A stretch of DNA of 64,000 nucleotides from Cyanobacteria bacterium P01_A01_bin.123 (GCA_039815185.1 JBCBZT010000004.1:96001-160000), one strand, 5' to 3'. Positions 40,225 through 50,443 are shown, counted from the stretch's first letter. Notes: generated by a model from the letters alone, not told the origin. Translations and numbers: made by a program.

Positions 40225-40376
40225 GGCCTAGCTAAATCCTGGCCCTCATCGGGCACTGAGTAAATGTTGTCGTCAGATTTCAGGAGAACAGTTTTAAAAA
40301 AACTTGCCTCAAAAAGTACCAATTTACGATTCATCTCTTATCTTAGGAGACTAATGCTCACATGAAGGGTTGATTT

Positions 40377-41369
40377 TTGCCAGGTTCAGTTCCCAATCAC
40401 GTCGCCACATCCTTGGGTAACTCAGGAGGCGAGTGGGTTCAATCCGCCGTCGCAGCCCGTCCATTTCTCAAATGGGCGGGAGGAAAAGGGCAGCTAATTT
40501 CACAATATCAGCCCTACTTTCCCACACATTTCAAAACTTACTGTGAACCCTTTTTGGGGGGTGGAGCTATATTTTTTCATTTAGCATCTCAGTCCGCATC
40601 TCCGGAAAATTCCGCCTGCGTTTCTAGCCGCTTAATAGACATCAATGCAGAACTGGTCAATGTCTATTGCTGCGTTCGCGATTATCCCGAAGCGTTGATT
40701 CAGTGCCTCACCCACCATCAAGCCAATCATTGCAAAGCTTATTACTACCAGATCAGAGCAAATTCTTACTCGACACCATTAGAACGGGCTGCCCGGTTGA
40801 TTTACTTGAACAAGACTTGCTTCAACGGTCTATACCGGGAAAACTCCAAGGGGCAGTTCAATGTACCCATAGGACGCTATAAAAATCCTAAAATCTGCGA
40901 TGCTAACTTGCTAAGAGTTGCTGCCTGCGTCCTGAAGTCCGTAGAAATTCTTCAAGCCGGATTTGACATTGTTGAGCAGTACGCCAGAGGCGCTGATGAT
41001 TTTGTTTATTTTGATCCGCCCTATCACCCCATTAGCGCCACCAGCAGCTTCACTGGATATAACCGCTACAGCTTCAAGGTTGCCGATCAAGAGCGACTCC
41101 AGCAAACCTTTGCCACCTTAGCCAACCGTGGCGTGCAGGTGATGCTCTCTAACTCAGACTGTGAGTTTATTCGCCAGCTTTATCATGGCTTTCATATGCA
41201 CGAGATGCAGGCTAGCCGCAGCATTAACGCTAAAGCTAAGCGACGAGGCAAAATTGCAGAACTCCTCATCACCTCTTATCCGGTGAATCATACTCGCATA
41301 CTTGAGGCGTCAAATTCCCAGCCTGTTAGCTGCCAGTCAGTCCCTGCAACTGCGATCGCAGCGACATAA
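40377..41369 (+). CDS. dam: DNA adenine methyltransferase (Dam/D12 class, probably GATC)
   Basis: PFLKWAGGK, EPFLGGGA, FNGLYRENSKGQFNVP and DPPY motifs; no cognate restriction gene adjacent. Confidence 0.9.
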   Translation: MPGSVPNHVATSLGNSGGEWVQSAVAARPFLKWAGGKGQLISQYQPYFPTHFKTYCEPFLGGGAIFFHLASQSASPENSACVSSRLIDINAELVNVYCCVRDYPEALIQCLTHHQANHCKAYYYQIRANSYSTPLERAARLIYLNKTCFNGLYRENSKGQFNVPIGRYKNPKICDANLLRVAACVLKSVEILQAGFDIVEQYARGADDFVYFDPPYHPISATSSFTGYNRYSFKVADQERLQQTFATLANRGVQVMLSNSDCEFIRQLYHGFHMHEMQASRSINAKAKRRGKIAELLITSYPVNHTRILEASNSQPVSCQSVPATAIAAT

Positions 41370-42031
41370 CCTTCCCCTGGGGTGAGTTCTCTGAGGGTGT
41401 AGGGATTAAATCCTTGTGAGTGGGGTTGCATGCAGAGCACCGGGTGGGGACAAAATTCTATCTCAATCTCAGTCATGGCTTGGGTAAGGCCGCGGCCTAA
41501 GGCTTTCAAATAAGCTTCTTTACAGGTCCAAAACTTAAGGAATGTCGTGATTTTTGTGGCTTCAGGCTGTTGGTCCCAAGCGGCATATTCTGAGGTGCTG
41601 AGGCAATGGCGAGCCAGATTCTCCAGATGCGATCGCGGTTTGATGTACTCAATATCGATGCCTAAGGGTTGCTGACCGATGGCGTAAAGGGCAATATCCC
41701 CAGAATGGGACAAATTGAATTCCAGCCTTGTGGTCTGAATAGCGAGGGATGGTTTGCCATAAGCGCCGTAGTCAAACGGGATGGCTTCGGCAGCGCAATC
41801 GATATAGCGGCTCAGGATGTGGCGCAAAGTAGCCCGGCTGGCGATAAAGCGATCGCGATCGCGATCAAACCGAAATCGCTTGGCCCGGGCCCACTCGTCT
41901 GAGGATAGGCAAGCACTGATTCGATTAAGCACATTAGGTGACAGTACTAGATTTGCCCGCCAAACATGCACGCTATTGGATGCCAGCGTGAACAGGTCAA
42001 ATGGAGGATGGGGTGGTCTCTGCCAAAGCAT
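41288..42031 (-). CDS. Sfp/HetI-type 4'-phosphopantetheinyl transferase
   Basis: YGKP, FNLSHS, LGIDIE and WTCKEAYLKA motifs. Confidence 0.93.
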   Translation of the reverse strand: MLWQRPPHPPFDLFTLASNSVHVWRANLVLSPNVLNRISACLSSDEWARAKRFRFDRDRDRFIASRATLRHILSRYIDCAAEAIPFDYGAYGKPSLAIQTTRLEFNLSHSGDIALYAIGQQPLGIDIEYIKPRSHLENLARHCLSTSEYAAWDQQPEATKITTFLKFWTCKEAYLKALGRGLTQAMTEIEIEFCPHPVLCMQPHSQGFNPYTLRELTPGEGYVAAIAVAGTDWQLTGWEFDASSMRV

Positions 42032-42400
42032 TTCAAGTCTTGTGCCGACATTACTGCATTCCTGTGGGAATTATCCCTGGATTTGGGCATCCTCTCCATT
42101 AGGAGTGCCCAACGGGCATGCACTGATTGAGTCCTTGTAAATTGGGCGACATCCTTACCCCATCTACCCTGGCTAGAGTCAATTCATTGATTTCAAGCCT
42201 GAGTTTATTATTTGTATGAAGTCTCCAGTTGAGGATGCCAACCCTTAAAACCTTATGCCAGTATGCATTGTTAAGTGGAGTAAGTTCCCTCAATCTGTGT
42301 ACTCGATGACTGATGGCCTGTGACTGATGGTTTAGAGATCCCAATAGCTCAATCACCGTAGCGGATATCTGACACTGTCCACCCTTAATTCCCCTGACTT

Positions 42401-44239
42401 ATGGTTCATTCTCCCCCCAGCCCAACCATTCAATTTTCTACCCTCGTTGAGCTACTGCGCCACCGGGCTGCTCACCAGCCAGAGAATTTGGCTTATCAGT
42501 TCCTCATTGATGGCAAAAAAGAAGGAGCTGCTTACACTTATGCATCCTTAGATAGCCATGCTCGCGCGATCGCAGTTCTGCTACAGCAAAAGCAGGCCAA
42601 AGGGGAACGGGCGCTGTTGCTTTATCCTCAGGGGGTTGAAGTGGTGGCTGCATTCTGCGGCAGTCTATATGCTGGGGTGATTGCGATTCCCGTCCCCCCC
42701 CCGGATGCTGGACGGATGAAACGTGCATTACCCCGCTTGAGAGAAATTATCAAGGATGCCAACGCCACCTTCGTGCTCAGCAATGCTCGCATCATTGAGC
42801 TGATGGCAGAGGCTGGGGTTGATTTTCCCGAGTTTGAGACGATGGAGTGGATTGACACCGAAACGGTGGATTTGTCCCTGGCCGATAGCTGGGTTGATCC
42901 GGCAGTGGATAAAGACGTGTTGGCCTACCTGCAATACACCTCCGGTTCTACCTCGACGCCCAAAGGGGTAATGCTAAGCCACTTTAACTTGCTGCATCAC
43001 TCCGCCTATCTGCAACGAGCTTGCGGCTACACTGCCGATGGGGCCAGCGTTACTTGGATGCCTTACTTCCACGACTACGGTTTGGTGGAAGGATTGATTC
43101 AACCCCTCTACAACGGTGCGCCTTGCTACGTGATGTCGCCCTTGGCCTTTGTCAAGCGGCCGATTCGCTGGTTAGAAGCGATTGCTCATTACCGAGCCAC
43201 CCACAGCCAAGCGCCTAACTTTGCCTACGACCAGTGTGTCCGCCGTACCAAGCCCAAGCAGCGCGAGGGCTTAGACCTAAGCTGTTGGAAAGGGGCGGGC
43301 AACGCCGCTGAACCAATCAACCCCAGAGTTATGCGGGAGTTTGCTGAGGCCTTTGAACCTCATGGGTTTGAGTGGACAACTTTTGCACCGGCCTATGGTC
43401 TAGCTGAGGCTACCCTACTGGTGTCTTCTAATCCGGTCGATGAAGCACCCGTGATTTTGCCCTTGGATGCTAATGCCCTAGAGCAAGGCAAGGTCGTCAA
43501 GGCCAAAGATAATACTGCTAGCGTGCGCGATACAGTGGGCTGCGGCAAGCTGGTGTGTGAAACCCAGGTGGTGATTGCTGACCCCGATCAGCTAACCCGT
43601 TGTGCCGACAATGCTGTGGGAGAAATCTGGGTGTCTGATCCCGGTGTCGCCTCCGGCTACTGGCAACGACCTGAAGTCAGTGAAGAGACCTTCCGAGCAA
43701 AGTTGAAGGACGATCCAGAAGCTGGCCCCTTCTTGCGCACGGGTGACTTGGGCTTCCTGCAAGATGGGGAATTGTTTATCACCGGCCGGATCAAAGATTT
43801 GATCATTATTCGCGGCACCAATCACTATCCCCAAGACATCGAGTGGACGGTACAGCAGGTCAATACTGCCATGCGCCCTGACTACGGTGCAGCCTTCTCG
43901 ATTATTGATGATGGGGAGGAAAAGCTAGTGGTGGTGCAAGAAGTGGAGCGATCGCGCCAGCAAGACCTACCCGCTGAAGAAATTCTGACTGAAATCCGCC
44001 AAGCGATCGCAGAGGTACACGAGCTCCAAATTCATGCCATTGCTCTCGTGCGCTCTGGTAACGTGCTCAAGACTTCCAGCGGCAAAATTCAGCGGCGAGC
44101 CTGCAAAAACAGCTTCATGGCTGGCAAGTTGGAGGTGATTGCCGACTGGAGTGAAAACCCTAGCCTGACGGCCAAGGTGCGTGACCTCCAAGGTGATATT
44201 GATTCATTAGTGCAACAGCTTAGCAAGCCCAAGGCATAG
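42401..44239 (+). CDS. Fatty acyl-AMP ligase (FAAL)
   Basis: YLQYTSGSTSTPKG, YGLAEATL, FAAL insertion LDANALEQGK, FLRTGDLG, KTSSGKIQR. Confidence 0.92.
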   Translation: MVHSPPSPTIQFSTLVELLRHRAAHQPENLAYQFLIDGKKEGAAYTYASLDSHARAIAVLLQQKQAKGERALLLYPQGVEVVAAFCGSLYAGVIAIPVPPPDAGRMKRALPRLREIIKDANATFVLSNARIIELMAEAGVDFPEFETMEWIDTETVDLSLADSWVDPAVDKDVLAYLQYTSGSTSTPKGVMLSHFNLLHHSAYLQRACGYTADGASVTWMPYFHDYGLVEGLIQPLYNGAPCYVMSPLAFVKRPIRWLEAIAHYRATHSQAPNFAYDQCVRRTKPKQREGLDLSCWKGAGNAAEPINPRVMREFAEAFEPHGFEWTTFAPAYGLAEATLLVSSNPVDEAPVILPLDANALEQGKVVKAKDNTASVRDTVGCGKLVCETQVVIADPDQLTRCADNAVGEIWVSDPGVASGYWQRPEVSEETFRAKLKDDPEAGPFLRTGDLGFLQDGELFITGRIKDLIIIRGTNHYPQDIEWTVQQVNTAMRPDYGAAFSIIDDGEEKLVVVQEVERSRQQDLPAEEILTEIRQAIAEVHELQIHAIALVRSGNVLKTSSGKIQRRACKNSFMAGKLEVIADWSENPSLTAKVRDLQGDIDSLVQQLSKPKA

Positions 44240-44291
44240 TCAGCCGTGAGTGGTTTCTTTCTCTGTCCCCCCTTTTTTCCATCGCACGATT

Positions 44292-46118
44292 ATGGCAAGT
44301 CCTACACAGCATCTTAAACAGTACTGGTTGGCAGAAGCGCTAGAGCGAGATCTGGGAGATCCAAATAACCCGGATAATCTAATGTCGTTTCAGCAAACCG
44401 CTGCAATTGATGAAAGCGAGGAATTTCCCCATCAGGAAATTGCCTGGCTCTACAACTGGCAGCTTCAGCGCTACTATATCCCCACTGAATGCGGTGGTGA
44501 ATTTACCTCTTTCGAGGAATTCGTTGCTTTTGTCAGGGTAATGGCTCGTCGCGATCTCAACATCTCCATTGCCTTTACTACCCTGTTTTGGTCCTTCCTG
44601 ACTTGGATGGCGGGTACGGACGAACAAAAACAAAAGCTAATGCACTATATCGTCGAAGATCACGGTGCGATGTGTCTCTCCTATTCTGAGCGGGAACACG
44701 GCAGTGATTTAGTCGGGGGTGACACTGTTGCGGTAAAAGTGCCTGGGGGCTACCGCATGACTGGGGAAAAATGGCCAATCAACCGCGCCACTATCTCGGG
44801 TTTGACCTATGTCCTAGCCCGCACCAATGAGGAAGGGGGCAACCGAGGGCTGTCGCTATTCATGGTGGATAAAAGCGAACTCAACCCCGACGAGTATTCC
44901 AACCTACCCAAGATTAAAACCCACGGCATTCGGGCCGCCGACATGAGCGGCATCAAGTTTGACAACTGTTTTGTCCCCGACAGCGCATTGCTGGGCAAAG
45001 AAGGACAAGGTTTGGAGCTGGCACTTGAAGGATTCCAAATCACCCGTGCCCTATGTGCTGCTTTCTCCCAAGGGGCCGCAGATACGACCCTGCGCACAAC
45101 CCTCAAGTTTGCCATCAACCGTCAGCTTTACGCTAAAAAGACCGTACTAGAAATGCCCCACGCCCGCCGCACGCTGGTTAACGGGTTCTTGGATATTCTG
45201 ACCTGCGATTGTGTCAACATCGGCGCTGCCCGAGGATTTCACGTGGTGCCCGAGCAGTTTAGCGTATGGTCGGCGGTGGATAAATACTTCGTCCCCGTTG
45301 TCTTAGAAAAAATGATGCAGGACATTTCCGTTGTGCTGGGGGCACGGTTTTACATGCGTGATGAGCATGATGCTGGCGTTTTTCAAAAGATGTTGCGCGA
45401 CAGCGCCATCATTAGCGTGTTTGACGGCAGCTCGGTAGTCAACCTGCATGCGCTGATCTTGCAGCGGCGGCAGCTGGCTAAAGCGCGATCGCGTCGTAAG
45501 CCGAACCAGGTTGAGGGGCTACAGGCCCGCCTGAAAAATAGCTTTGCCCTAGACCAACCCCTACCGGCCTTTGCACCCCAAAAACTAGAGCTCATTAGTC
45601 GAGGAGCAGATGATGTGATGCACAGTCTGGAACCGGCTCTCGATCAGTTGAAGTCTTTAGTGGATCAAGCAGATGTGAATCAGGGCACGCTGCAAGAAGT
45701 GATCGCTTTGGTTGAAATCATCCGTGAAGAACTCGATGCCCAAGACGAGCAAATTGCCCAATCTGGCTTTGAGCACGGACACGACCAGTCTTTCGAGTCG
45801 TTTGAAATGGCAAAGCACTATTGTTGTCTGCACTCAGGTCTCGCCTGTGTTCAGATGTGGCTACACAATCGCCATCAGCTTGGTGACTTCTTTGCTAACG
45901 GGGAGTGGTTGGTGCTTTCTCTGCACCGTCTCCTATCTCCCGCTCGACTCGATCTTGCCCAGGTACCTGAGGCATATTACGAGGCAGTTGCCGAGGAAAT
46001 GCTGAAGCTCTACCACGAGGACAAACTGTTCTCGATTGTTCCCTTCCAGTTAGCCCGCGCTAGCAAGTTGGAAGAGATACCCAGTCAAACTGCACCTGAA
46101 TTACAACTGCAAGCCTAG
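44292..46118 (+). CDS. Acyl-CoA/acyl-ACP dehydrogenase-like protein
   Basis: SEREHGSDL, GEKWPIN, THGIR..D.SGI.F, FDGS catalytic loop; long C-terminal extension. Confidence 0.88.
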   Translation: MASPTQHLKQYWLAEALERDLGDPNNPDNLMSFQQTAAIDESEEFPHQEIAWLYNWQLQRYYIPTECGGEFTSFEEFVAFVRVMARRDLNISIAFTTLFWSFLTWMAGTDEQKQKLMHYIVEDHGAMCLSYSEREHGSDLVGGDTVAVKVPGGYRMTGEKWPINRATISGLTYVLARTNEEGGNRGLSLFMVDKSELNPDEYSNLPKIKTHGIRAADMSGIKFDNCFVPDSALLGKEGQGLELALEGFQITRALCAAFSQGAADTTLRTTLKFAINRQLYAKKTVLEMPHARRTLVNGFLDILTCDCVNIGAARGFHVVPEQFSVWSAVDKYFVPVVLEKMMQDISVVLGARFYMRDEHDAGVFQKMLRDSAIISVFDGSSVVNLHALILQRRQLAKARSRRKPNQVEGLQARLKNSFALDQPLPAFAPQKLELISRGADDVMHSLEPALDQLKSLVDQADVNQGTLQEVIALVEIIREELDAQDEQIAQSGFEHGHDQSFESFEMAKHYCCLHSGLACVQMWLHNRHQLGDFFANGEWLVLSLHRLLSPARLDLAQVPEAYYEAVAEEMLKLYHEDKLFSIVPFQLARASKLEEIPSQTAPELQLQA

Positions 46119-46137
46119 AACCTCTAACCCAAGTCCT

Positions 46138-46437
46138 ATGAACTCAACCACAACTAACCCTCAAACTGCTGCTTCTCCCGTTGAGGCCATCCAAGTTTGG
46201 CTAGTGAATCAACTGGCGGAGGTGCTCTCTCTCGATCCCAGCACCGTAGATGTAAAACAGCCTCTGACTCGCTACGGGCTGGATTCTATTGATGCGGTGA
46301 CCTTGGTAGGCGATTTGGAAGACTGGCTCGATCTTGAATTGCCCTCTACTCTGCTGTGGGATTATCCCACCATTGAGAAGGCAGCTTCATATATGGTCGA
46401 AGAGTTTGAAGTCTCGATTGACCTAGAAGCGGCTTAA
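46138..46437 (+). CDS. Acyl carrier protein (PKS-type)
   Basis: YGLDSIDAV phosphopantetheine Ser motif and LLWDYPTI. Confidence 0.92.
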   Translation: MNSTTTNPQTAASPVEAIQVWLVNQLAEVLSLDPSTVDVKQPLTRYGLDSIDAVTLVGDLEDWLDLELPSTLLWDYPTIEKAASYMVEEFEVSIDLEAA

Positions 46438-47006
46438 CTACTCTCTCCATTTTCCGATTCCTAGCTCTGCTTGTGGAATCGTAATTAGAGGCGCTGCCTC
46501 CATCCTGAGCTTTAGGATGATTCCCGATGACTTTGGTCGTGTCTTTGCATGCGGCCAAAGTTTGCTTTAAATTTTTATTCTTTGATTCGAGACGGGAACC
46601 CACATCTCCTGAAATTGTAGCTTTGGCGTATCGCTTAACTACATCAGGTGCCGTTGAACCGCCCTGTGCAAGAATCAATGTGATTCGTGACCGCACAGAG
46701 AATTGTGGCAGTTACTCTGGATCTGAGTTCGCAATTGATTCTCCCGAAATATCAGATTAATTTTGCCCGGTAAACCTGTATTTCACCTTGAAGCACTACA
46801 AAAGGACGTAATCGCACTCCAAAGGTTAGATCGCGTTTCTTTATTGATAGGTTGCCCAGGAGCAGTTTGGAACATTCCTTAGCAGCTATCGGTAATTAAG
46901 CAGTAGAGCAGACGCAAGATATTGCGGGGTGTGTCATGATGAACCCTGATAGGTTTTCAGCACCCTAGGAGTCTCTTAGATAAATACGGTGAGTTAAGGC
47001 AGCACC

Positions 47007-47843
47007 ATGGCAAACCAATCACACCTCGATCAACTCCAACAAGGCATCGATCACTGGAATCAATGGCGGCAGGATAATCCGGCTGAAACTTTTGATTTTA
47101 GCGGTGCTGATTTAAGCCAACTCCCACTCAAAGGGGCTAATCTACAGGGGGGCAATTTTGGACGGGCTAAGCTGATTGGCGTTACCCTCACTGGGGCTGA
47201 TTTGCAAAATGCCAGTCTTATAGGCGCAGATTTGAGTGGTGCTGACCTGATTGATGCCAACCTGAAGGCGGCTAATCTCGCAGGTGCCAATTTGCTGGGG
47301 GCTGATTTAGGCAACAGCATTTTAATAGGTGCGAATCTGAGTAAAACGACCCTAAATCGAGCCAACTTGGGCAATGCCGATTTAACCCAGGCTGATTTGA
47401 CGGCAGCCAGTATTATTGGGGCTGATTTAAGTCGGGCTATTTTACATCAGGCCACGTTAGTTGATGCCGACCTGAAGCGGGCCGAAATGCAGCGGACAAA
47501 AGCCAGCCAGGCGAATATGAGCCGCACTAATTTTGCCGATGCCCGATTGATGAGTGCTGATTTGACTGGGGCAACTCTGGATGAGGCTAATTTAAGTGGG
47601 GCGCGCTTAAATCGAGCCAAACTTAACCAAGGACATCTGGGTCAGGCTAATCTATCGAATGCTACGCTGCTGGGTGCAAATCTCAGCGGGGCCGACCTCA
47701 GCGGGGCCGATTTGACTGATGCCAATCTCAGCGGTGCTGATTTGACCGATGCCAATCTCACAGATGTGGTGTTGTCAAATACCAATTTGGAAGGGGCTGC
47801 GTTGAATCAAACTCTGCTGCCCGATGGCGCTCAGCAAGCATAG
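47007..47843 (+). CDS. Pentapeptide repeat protein
   Basis: MANQSHL..L.QG...WNQWR head followed by a long run of A(D/N)LxG repeats. Confidence 0.93.
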   Translation: MANQSHLDQLQQGIDHWNQWRQDNPAETFDFSGADLSQLPLKGANLQGGNFGRAKLIGVTLTGADLQNASLIGADLSGADLIDANLKAANLAGANLLGADLGNSILIGANLSKTTLNRANLGNADLTQADLTAASIIGADLSRAILHQATLVDADLKRAEMQRTKASQANMSRTNFADARLMSADLTGATLDEANLSGARLNRAKLNQGHLGQANLSNATLLGANLSGADLSGADLTDANLSGADLTDANLTDVVLSNTNLEGAALNQTLLPDGAQQA

Positions 47844-47849
47844 GCCGTT

Positions 47850-48473
47850 GTGGTAGGGTTAGCACTGCATACGAGTAGTCCAGAGCTAGGGTTGGCTATC
47901 GGTAACAGTGATGGTGGCGCCAGGGTTCAGGTGTGGCCATTGGGGCGATCGCTGTCTACCGAGCTACATCCTCATCTCGCAGAGTTTTTGTCTCCTCAGC
48001 GTTGGTCAGACCTGACTTTCATTGCTGTTGCTCAAGGGCCAGGTAGCTTTACAGGAACCCGAATTGGTGTAGTTGCGGCTAGAACCTTGGCGCAGCAGCT
48101 GGGGGTGCCTTTATTTGGAGTATCGAGCTTGGCAGCGATCGCGCAACAATGCCTAGACCAAGCAAAGCTGATTGCTGATGGGCCTATTGCTGTGCAAATG
48201 CGGGCACAACGAGGTGAATACTATGGGGCAATTTATCAACCTGCCCCAATGGGAGTTGAGTCAATATTAGGCGATGCCGTATTGAGTGCTGAGGACTGGC
48301 AGCATAAACTCGACACTGCCCCTCAATCGTGTCAGGTTTGGAGCGCCGAAGATAATTTGGCGAACTCTGTGGAAGCAGTGCTGAAACTAGCATGGCTCAG
48401 ATGGCACCAGGGCGATCGCCCTGATTGGTCAACAGTGCTGCCCTTTTACGGGCAGCATCCCGTTTCCCATTGA
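47850..48473 (+). CDS. tsaB: t6A biosynthesis protein TsaB
   Basis: LALHTSS, GPGSFTGTRIG and LPFYGQHP motifs. Confidence 0.93.
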   Translation: MVGLALHTSSPELGLAIGNSDGGARVQVWPLGRSLSTELHPHLAEFLSPQRWSDLTFIAVAQGPGSFTGTRIGVVAARTLAQQLGVPLFGVSSLAAIAQQCLDQAKLIADGPIAVQMRAQRGEYYGAIYQPAPMGVESILGDAVLSAEDWQHKLDTAPQSCQVWSAEDNLANSVEAVLKLAWLRWHQGDRPDWSTVLPFYGQHPVSH

Positions 48474-48777
48474 ACTGTGATTCTGGGGACGGGTTGAGTG
48501 TGTTAAGGCGCAATTTAAGCGTTCTATAACGGTTCGTAACCATAACCTTAATTTAACCCCGATCCCCTAGATGTAGCGTATGCTTCTACCAGCTAGGGAC
48601 AACATATAGTATTTACCTTTTAACTGGCCCGATTAGAACGTTAAAACTTCTCCACCGAAAAGAACATGATGTTGCGGAGATTTAAGACCTGTATTTGATT
48701 GACCGGCTATGACTTGAAGCGCCCTTAAGGGCGTGGATATCTGATCAATGTGTCGATGCCGTTACTCCACCTAAGCT

Positions 48778-49314
48778 ATGACTCAATTTATTGTGTACGC
48801 TTGCCCCACTGGGCACTTGGCTGAGCAACTCCAAGCTTTTTTGGCAGAGAGCTCAGTTCACTATGGCAAAAATGCTGCCCATAGTTACATGCCCCACTGT
48901 ACTCTGACGGGGTTTTTTGATGATTTTAATCGGGCTGTCCCGATCTACACACGCACCCTAGTGCGAGCTTATAAGCGTGCCCTGCGATCGCGCCCCAACC
49001 CCGCGCTCACGATCAAAGACCTGAGCTTCAAACCTGACTGGCATGGCCTGGAACTTGACTCACCCTGGCTTAAACAATTGGTTCTAGACTTTGCCTGCAC
49101 CGCCAGTTCTCCTAGCCGCAAAAATGCCATTCGACCCAAAAGTTGGCTGCATCTCAGCCTCGCCTACGAATTTGTTGCAGACCAGGCTGAGTCTTTGGCC
49201 CAACTAGCCCAAAGCATGGTGGATCCCAATGCCCCGGCCGATTGGGAACTGCGCTTTTATCAACGGGATCCTGGCAATCGGTGGATTTGTCATCAGGCGT
49301 TGCCACTGTCATAG
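48778..49314 (+). CDS. 2H phosphoesterase superfamily protein
   Basis: Two Hx(T/S)h motifs, PHCTL and LHLSL. Confidence 0.75.
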   Translation: MTQFIVYACPTGHLAEQLQAFLAESSVHYGKNAAHSYMPHCTLTGFFDDFNRAVPIYTRTLVRAYKRALRSRPNPALTIKDLSFKPDWHGLELDSPWLKQLVLDFACTASSPSRKNAIRPKSWLHLSLAYEFVADQAESLAQLAQSMVDPNAPADWELRFYQRDPGNRWICHQALPLS

Positions 49315-49399
49315 GGAGGAGTTAAGGGGGGGAGGAGTTAGGCCTTTATGTTTCTTAAGGCTTCAGGTCTAAGACGTAAGGCGTAAGTCGTGAGAAAAC

Positions 49400-50068
49400 T
49401 TATCTCCTATCTCCTATCTCCTCACTACCCGCCTCAACCCGATACTTGTGATAATTCAAGCAAAACTCGTCGCTATTGACTGCACCATTCCCGTTGACAA
49501 AGGTGCGATGGGCGTCACGCATGATTTCAAAGGCTTCGTCGCAGCTTTGAACCCAAAACAGCAGTTCGTAATCTTCAAAGTTGATCAACTCTTTTTGGAG
49601 TGGCCAGTGGCGTACCCAGCCTAAGAAATCTGCCCACATATCACCCATCAGCACAATCGGCATGTTGCAGATATGTTCGACCTGCATGAGTTGCCAGGTA
49701 TAGGCTAGCTCCAACAAGGTACCAATGCCGCCGGGGGCGACTACCACAGCGTTAGCTAAGGCCATAAATTTGTCTAAACGTTCGGAGAAGCGACTAAATT
49801 CGTGCTTGATGTCTACGTGGGGGTTGGCGGCTTCTTCAAAGGGAAGTTTGATGTTTAGCCCATAGGATTTGCTAGCGGGGTCTGCCCGTCCTTCTCTGTG
49901 GCCACGATTGGCGGCTTCCATCAGACCCGGACCTCCACCAGTCACGACATCCATGCCTTCGCGGCCTAGCAGACGGGCTAGCCGTCTCACCTGTTCGTAA
50001 TTTGAATCGCCGGGCTTGAGGCGAGCTGAACCAAAAATAACGACTCGGAATCGATCGGGATCTGGCAT
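49400..50068 (-). CDS. LOG family nucleotide phosphoribohydrolase
   Basis: IFGSAR, TGGGPGLMEAAN and PGGIGTLLEL motifs. Confidence 0.9.
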   Translation of the reverse strand: MPDPDRFRVVIFGSARLKPGDSNYEQVRRLARLLGREGMDVVTGGGPGLMEAANRGHREGRADPASKSYGLNIKLPFEEAANPHVDIKHEFSRFSERLDKFMALANAVVVAPGGIGTLLELAYTWQLMQVEHICNMPIVLMGDMWADFLGWVRHWPLQKELINFEDYELLFWVQSCDEAFEIMRDAHRTFVNGNGAVNSDEFCLNYHKYRVEAGSEEIGDRR

Positions 50069-50443
50069 GGAGTAACCCTAACTTTGGTGTAACTAACGAC
50101 CGCCAGTGACGATGGTTAACATCCCCATTTGCAGTGAATCGAGGCTGTGAGCTGTGATTGCGATCGCGTAGAGCATGTTAGCAGATTTAGCCAGGCTTAA
50201 GATAACTGGGGAACTGACTATTATCTCTGATGAGAGTTAGATGATCGCTTGAAAACTCAGCACTATTGCGTAGACTGGTGCTGTAGAAGGTTTGGATTGA
50301 AATGTGTCATCTGCGATCGCGAGTGGGTTGAGTCTACTCAACCCTCCAGTTTGTGGTTGTTCTCTGGTGCATTTTGCGAAAGGCCGCACCCTGTTGATGC
50401 CCGGCAGAGCAATGCATAACACCACTCAAGGAACTTTTTTCCG

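Noticed and set aside
40377..41369. Orphan Dam methylase as a defence system
   Set aside because: Solitary GATC methylases are standard in cyanobacteria, and no restriction gene is adjacent.
42099..42356. Short ORFs in intergenic gaps (42099-42356, 46527-46760, 50237-50425) and the many antisense ORFs in the track
   Set aside because: No recognisable motifs or RBS; most are shadows of real genes.
47100..47820. 15-nt periodic DNA repeats
   Set aside because: Explained by pentapeptide-repeat coding; not CRISPR.
49315..49425. Heptamer runs (TAAGxCG, TATCTCC); similar TGAGGGG runs near 53610 and G-rich runs near 55680
   Set aside because: Ordinary STRR-type short repeats of filamentous cyanobacteria, with no spacers.
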